This document shows positions 57,738-64,000 of a DNA stretch of 64,000 nt, piece after piece. The first letter of the stretch is position 1, and every line of letters begins with the position of its first letter. This DNA is from the human T2T-CHM13v2.0 reference genome, Homo sapiens. The notes beneath the pieces are model-generated. The model was given only the letters and a program-made list of their open reading frames with translations. It made no database searches and was not told where the DNA came from. Position numbers and translations under genes: made by a program. The DNA lies in assembly GCF_009914755.1 (NCBI RefSeq), contig NC_060939.1; one strand, 5' to 3'.

Positions 57738-58739
57738 GATACCTCCTCTTTGAGGAGGTGAGTATCAGAGACGCAGGTAAATATGATCCAGAGGGCAAAG
57801 AGGCATTGCCAGCCTCACACTGGCTGTCAACACCATGCTGAGTTCCACGAAAGCAGCGAGGAGAGGGTGGTGTTCTTGTTTCTGGTACAATACCTGGCAT
57901 AGAGAAGATGTCACAGCAATGTTCGTCTATTGAATAAGTCACCAAAATTGTGAATGACTGAATAAATGGGCAAAGGGATTTGTTCCCTACTTGCTGTGGG
58001 AAGTTTCTTGTAGTTATGACCTCCATGAAAGAGAGACTCGTATCTGGAGAAAGTTCATAGCTGAAACCATGAGATTTAACTTTTGAAGTTATAATGGATC
58101 TATTTTTTTAACATCATAAATGAAGATTATGCAATACTGTATGTGCTTCAATTGACACAACCCCTTCCCATTCAGGGCTGATTTATGTTCTGTACTGAAT
58201 GACAGGCACAGAAGTAAATGTGATAATCCTGTCCCGTCGTTACCCTTTATTGTGGTCTTGCTGTGTCCCAGCCACACACTTCATACTGTATCTGTGTCAT
58301 CATTCTCATATACATCTATATAGGTACACTTCCATAGACTTAGGCCCATTTAATGGAGGAGCAACTCCAACATTTAGAGATCATGAAAGGTACCTCATGA
58401 CATATATTGACCTAGTGGCAGAGCTGCTTAGTTCTACAGCCTCTGAGTGGAATCCTCACGACAGTAAAAACACAAGCTTGGTTTCTCACACACTCTACCT
58501 GCTTTTTCTCATCCCCTTTAGTCTCTATTCCTTGCTGAGATGTGTTAGGCATTAAATGGTTACAGTCTACTTCTGTGTGTAGTCTCCAAACACTCAGAAA
58601 CCTCAAAATTTAAAAAAATACAGAACAATATGTTATTAAATAATCAGGGACAAGTTAAAATGGTAAAGAGAATAGGCCACTTTGTGAAATCATATGCAGG
58701 GAAGAAAAAAATACTGGAGTGAAAACAATATAAAAATAA

Positions 58740-59310
58740 TACTAGATGCTGTTTCGTAGCACCAAGTGTGTTCTAGCTTCTGTGGTTGTTGCTTTATATC
58801 ATTTTATATAATCTTTACACAAAACCTACAAGCAGATATTATTTCCCCTATTTCAAAAATGAGAAAACCAAGGCAAATAGTTGGTAAGTAGTACATATAT
58901 ATTATCCTAACTCTGAACTTCTGGATTCAAAGACCATGTTCTAGGATACCATTTTGTGTACCAGCATGGAATATGTTTTTAGTTCATCTATTTACTCTAA
59001 AAATGTGGAGCATGTAGTGTGAGACAGAACTGTTCTAGGCTGTGAGGAAGTAGCTGTGAGGATGGTAGTATGGGTCCCTGTAATAATGAAAATGGAATAT
59101 ATTGGTATGTACAAGTACATGCTCATTAAAGGAAATTGATGTTGGCATAGATTGCCTGGGTTCAAATTCCCATTTACCATGTTTTCCTAGTTGTCTCTGT
59201 GGTGAGAGGAGGTGGAATGTACTAGCCATTACCAAAATTAAGAGAGATTGTTGGAAAAAGTCTCATTTAGCACAATAACACATTAAATGTATTCAATAAA
59301 TGTTACTTAT
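58740..59310. mobile_element. Two degenerate MIR fragments in opposite orientation
   Basis: CCCTATTTCAAAAATGAGAAAACCAAGGC and CTGGGTTCAAATTCCC...CAATAAATGTTA resemble MIR. Confidence 0.5.
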
Positions 59311-62300
59311 GACTCTTTGAGAAAACATACGTTTAAAAAACATGGCTTATGTTACACATACTATATGCTGGCTCCCAAAAATAAACATATTTCCCAAGAA
59401 GTGTCTGTTGATAAAGCCAAATATATTCTTACTACACTAAGGGGAAGCCCATCTTAGCAGTGTCTCAGCAGCATATTAGGGGCGTGGGGGACAAAACAGG
59501 ATATCTGGGATCTTGAAGTTTCATTTTAGATGGGTCTTTCAGTGTGGGAGCTTGATTAGGATTGGGTGAGGGTCATGACACAGCATTTTAAGATTGAACG
59601 TTAGGATTTTGAGATGAGGGATTCTACAGTGTGGAGGCATAAGCTGTGGTCTGATGCTTTCTGTTGATGAGTTGATGGTCTTTGGGAAGTTCCCAGGATG
59701 AACAAAAATATTTGCAACTTTTATCTTCCTGGGCAAGAGTCTCAGAACATCTACACTTATATCAATGAAGGTAAAATGATAATAATGTCCCCAGCGAAGA
59801 CAGGAAGCCATGTGGGTAGATAATGTAAGTTGTGTCATTTCATGGTTCCATGGATAAGCAGCTGTACTTAAGCTGCTTATCCTGGTGGATTCTGGAGATC
59901 CACACTTGAAGGTATCAACACAGAAAAATACTAAGAGGATTGTGGTCAGAGTTTGTTGTCAGCTACTGAGTGAGGAGCCAGGAACATACAGCTTTTACCA
60001 AGAAAATCTATACCATCCACACTGTGATGAGCCCACAAGACCAGATATGGGACTTTAGCCAAATTACCTAATTTTATTATGTCTTTGATTGCTTTCTGGT
60101 CCTTATCTGGGATATCAGAGATCCCAGAGAGATGGCAGGGATGCAAATTAAACATTCTTCCCCCAAAAACAACACATTTTTCCCTTATAAAATTACTATA
60201 TTCTGAAAAATTTCATGAACCTCCAAGTCAAGATGGGGCATTGTCTAACTTGCCTGCTGTTTGCTATACAATAGCATGGAGTCAGCTCCAGGCTTCCCAA
60301 CCCTTTCGAAAAGCATGAATTGAAGAGGCTTAAGGAGAGAAGAAAGCAACCCAGAATTCCCTGTGTGGTTACAGTTTGGGTTCTTGCCTCAAGGCCTGGT
60401 TTTTCTCTTTTTGGAGTAAAGTTATCTGAAGACCTCTTTTTCTAAGAGAAGAAACTAATGGGTCAAAATGGACCCTGGGGGATGTCAGGGACTACAGTGA
60501 AGGCAGACGTTAGTTCACCCCTGAAATAAATTTCTGTCCAGTGTGCAGACAGTAGCCAGCAGACCTTTGTCTCCATCATCCAATACCAGTCTTTTCAGAT
60601 CTAGTCAATGATCTATTTAAAGCCAAAATATCCTTATGAGACTGTCAAATAGTATTGTATTTTTTTGTATCACTCGTCAAGAATAGCTTAGTACCCGGCA
60701 ATAAATTTTATAGTACTGATATTAATAGATCTCAGGTGAAAGAAAAGTCATGTGTCTTATAAGATGGGTGAAAGCCACCTCCAAATAGATACTCTGTTCT
60801 CTAGTTGTTTTTCATGTTCTATTCCTCTGTAAGTTCAGTTACAAAAGCTGACTTCCACAAAAAGTTCTCCAGTATTGTTTTGGAACCTTATTTTCTAATA
60901 TCTTGTCATATACGAGTTGAGTCCCAATTAATGATTCATTATGAGGAACTGGAAACGAGAAACTGAGTGGCTCACCAAGGAAAATATGTGCAAACCTAAC
61001 GGACAATTTGGTTATATGATTTAACCACTGCATGCATAAATTATAACTAGGTATTGGACTCATACTGAGGAGTGATTAAAATGTAACTATGCCTTATAAG
61101 CAACATAATTAAATGTAGCTTTAAGCCAGATAGGCAAGAAAATAACAAAAGAACGCAGATTAAAACATGACAATATATGGTATTGTTCTATGAGTCTTGA
61201 GTGGAAACTCTACATTTCATGCAGTCATCTACTTGGGCTAAAAATCATGTGTAGTGGCCATCTCCTTCCAAAGACCATCTTACTTCTAATGAGTTCTCAT
61301 TGAGGTCTCACGTTCTCAGTCTGAGGTCTCCAGGTCTCAAGATTTCTCAGCTTGAGGTCTCCAGTAATGATTTAAGATGGTTTATGCCTCTTTGATTGGA
61401 AGACATCACTCTCAGTATCAACTCCCTGGAATTTTACTTCTGGATGAGTCGTTAACAGTATCCGATAGGGTCTTTTCCATCAGGGTTCGAGGGCTTTCTT
61501 TCTCAGGTATCTCTCCTGGAGATACCTGAGACCAAGCCTCTGAATTTAGACCATGTGAGGGTCATTTAGTAGAGGAAAAGCTGCTTGTTTACCTCTTAAT
61601 AAGACTGGATAAATTGCCTGAGTTACCTGCAATATTTGGCTGTGATCACTTCCAATAATGTAGAGTCTAGAAGCAGAGGAGATATTCCTAGACTCGTGGG
61701 TTGGCCTGTTGCTAACTCAAAAGGGAAGATTTGATGAACCCCAGAAGTTGAGCTCATTGTCATTAAAGCAAACATTAGGCCATGTGAGTTTGAGAGTCTT
61801 TGATAGTTTTGCTAATTTGAGCTTAAACTTTTTGTTTATTCTTTCTATATTTCCTGAAGATTAGAGTAATATGGACAGCAGCGTTTCTGTGTGGACTGGC
61901 AGAGCTGTACAAAGCTCTTTATCATCTCAGTAAAATGGAGATAGTTTATACTTGTACTAGAGAGAGAGTTTGGGAACATAAAATCATGTCAAATTTTGCT
62001 CTGGCAGAGCTGGAAATCTCCAAACAAGGCCTCAATCTATCCTCCAAATAAGCGAACAATTACCATACATACTCAAAACCCATTGCAGAAGGTACTTACA
62101 AAATCTGTAAGTGTTCTAAGGGGCCCTGAGATTCTTGTTCATGCCCCATCTTTGCATTTTTACCAAGATTATACTGGTAACAAATAAGACACCGCATGCA
62201 ACCTCAATAATCTTAGTGAAATTTCTCCATCAATGTTGATTGAGTGCAGTAGCCAATTTTTCTTTGCTTAGGTAGTTAATTGCATATTAAATGTTTGAAA

Positions 62301-64000
62301 CATCCCGTTTAAGGTCCTCTGGCGCTACTAAGCATCTATCCTAGAGTGTGAGAGATTTTCCTCTTGCAATTTACCTGCAGATTTATATTAGTAACGGTTT
62401 GCCAACTGTGGAACCAATTGTTGACATTCTATAAGAACCTGTTTGAACCCGTCAGAAGGTTTGATTATGAGGACCAGGATCTTAGTGAGGGCTCCATGCT
62501 GGGGCCTCCTGGTATCCCCATCTTGTATTAGTGTTTGTTTTTTTAATAGCCACATCTTTAGCAAGCTTTACAATACTCAAAAGTTCTTTTATTTGCTGAC
62601 CATTTTTAGTAGAGGCTCCTGCTGAGATTGAGAACTCTGTTTGTTCACAAACAAGACCAAGAACTACACACAAAGCATACGTGCCACCAGCACTCTCCTA
62701 TCTCACTCAAACTGACCAGATCTGTAGAGCGAAATGAGTCCTGTCATCTGGCAGATTTTGCCTCTGGTAGTGATTATAAGGGTGAAGTATGTCACATCAT
62801 GTGCCATCTGATATTCTTTTGTCCCAGTCTTAAAGTACAGCACATCAAAGAACAAGATGAAACATGGATTTTTAAAAAGAGATTACTAATACATCTATTT
62901 AGGGCATAGTTTGTAAACAAAGACAGTACACAGCTTCTTCTTAAGGTAATGGAAAAAGTAGCAATTTTGAAAGTATTGCCATAAGTAATAAAGATGTGAG
63001 GTGCTGATGTGAAGTAATATTTCATAGGAATTTAAGCCTCTATGCTGAAAAGTATGTATTTTCAATTTTGTGTATTTTCAGTAAAGGTTATCCAGCAAGA
63101 GGGACTATGAAACTTAAAGGAGACCCTAACCTAAACCAAGCCAGCAGAGGCTTCCAGTAATTTAGCTGTTGTGGCTATTGCCACTGGGTGAAGATACAGA
63201 CTTCAATGAGCTGGCCCCTGAGGATTCTCCTGAAATGCATTTAGAACACCAAGAGCTTATCCCCAGCACTCATATACAAACTGGTAGAGAGTTCTGTGAT
63301 AATTAGGTAGGCCTAAAGTGGGAGGTCATTGGAAGGCTAATTTTAACTCACAAAAATCTCTTTGTGATTAGGTTCTTAGGGCTCAGTTTTGGCTACTCAT
63401 AAAGTGGGTAAGTCAGAGAGATGGGAAATTTTGGAAAATTTTGGAATGTTCTGCAATAAGCATCCAAGGAAACCCAGGAATCCTCTTAATGATCTCTTAA
63501 CTACTAGCCTGAAAAGTTTTGGATAGCTTATAATCTATCAGGCATAAAGGATTCATCTTCTTGGGATAAATCACATCATAGGTAACGAACTTAAACAAAA
63601 TTCTAACTTCTCTTTGGAAATTGTATGACCTTTCTGAGCTAAAACAAAGTAGATAGGTAGAATAAGTCTTAGAACTTGCTTTGTCTTTAGAACACAGTCA
63701 CTGGTCATTCATATTATCTATTGATAAGAGTGGAATCACAGAAATTTAGGGTCCTTGAAATCGTTGTGAAAAGTAGGAAGGTATCTAAGTAAATCCAGGG
63801 GATATAGTACAAGTATGCTGTTGATTTTGCCTAGGGTGTACCAACAAGTATAGAGTATTTTAATACAAAGGCACTATAACAAAAAAGTAGAACACAAATC
63901 TGCCACTATAAGATATGCAGCCTCAAGGACTCAGTGGAAATAAGATGGTATTTGGGTGGGGTATGATAAAGAAACAGCGATTATTCTATTTATGGTTCTG

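Noticed and set aside
56300-58700. PWAR1 transcript expected roughly here from recalled gene order
   Set aside because: No sequence feature lets me confirm it or set its boundaries.

Overview
This is mammalian (human-type) non-coding DNA that I recognise as the imprinted Prader-Willi locus at 15q11-q13, transcribed on the + strand as the SNHG14/SNURF-SNRPN host RNA. Positions 1-29010 hold 17 tandem box C/D snoRNA genes: 11 group II copies matching SNORD116-14 to -24 and 6 group III copies matching SNORD116-25 to -30. Each sits in a 0.8-3.6 kb repeat unit that also carries host-gene exons. Two further decayed SNORD116 units follow at about 31.4 and 33.2 kb, then IPW-like spliced exons and a poly(A) signal (37.9-43.1 kb). 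The rest is transposon-rich sequence (L1, Alu, Tigger2, MER2, LTRs). I see no credible protein-coding gene. The locus itself is well known. The most interesting readable signal is copy-specific splice-site damage, which matches the published sno-lncRNA pairs and predicts an additional 116-21/22 species. Copy numbering, sno-lncRNA identities and repeat subfamilies come from recall, not from a database search.
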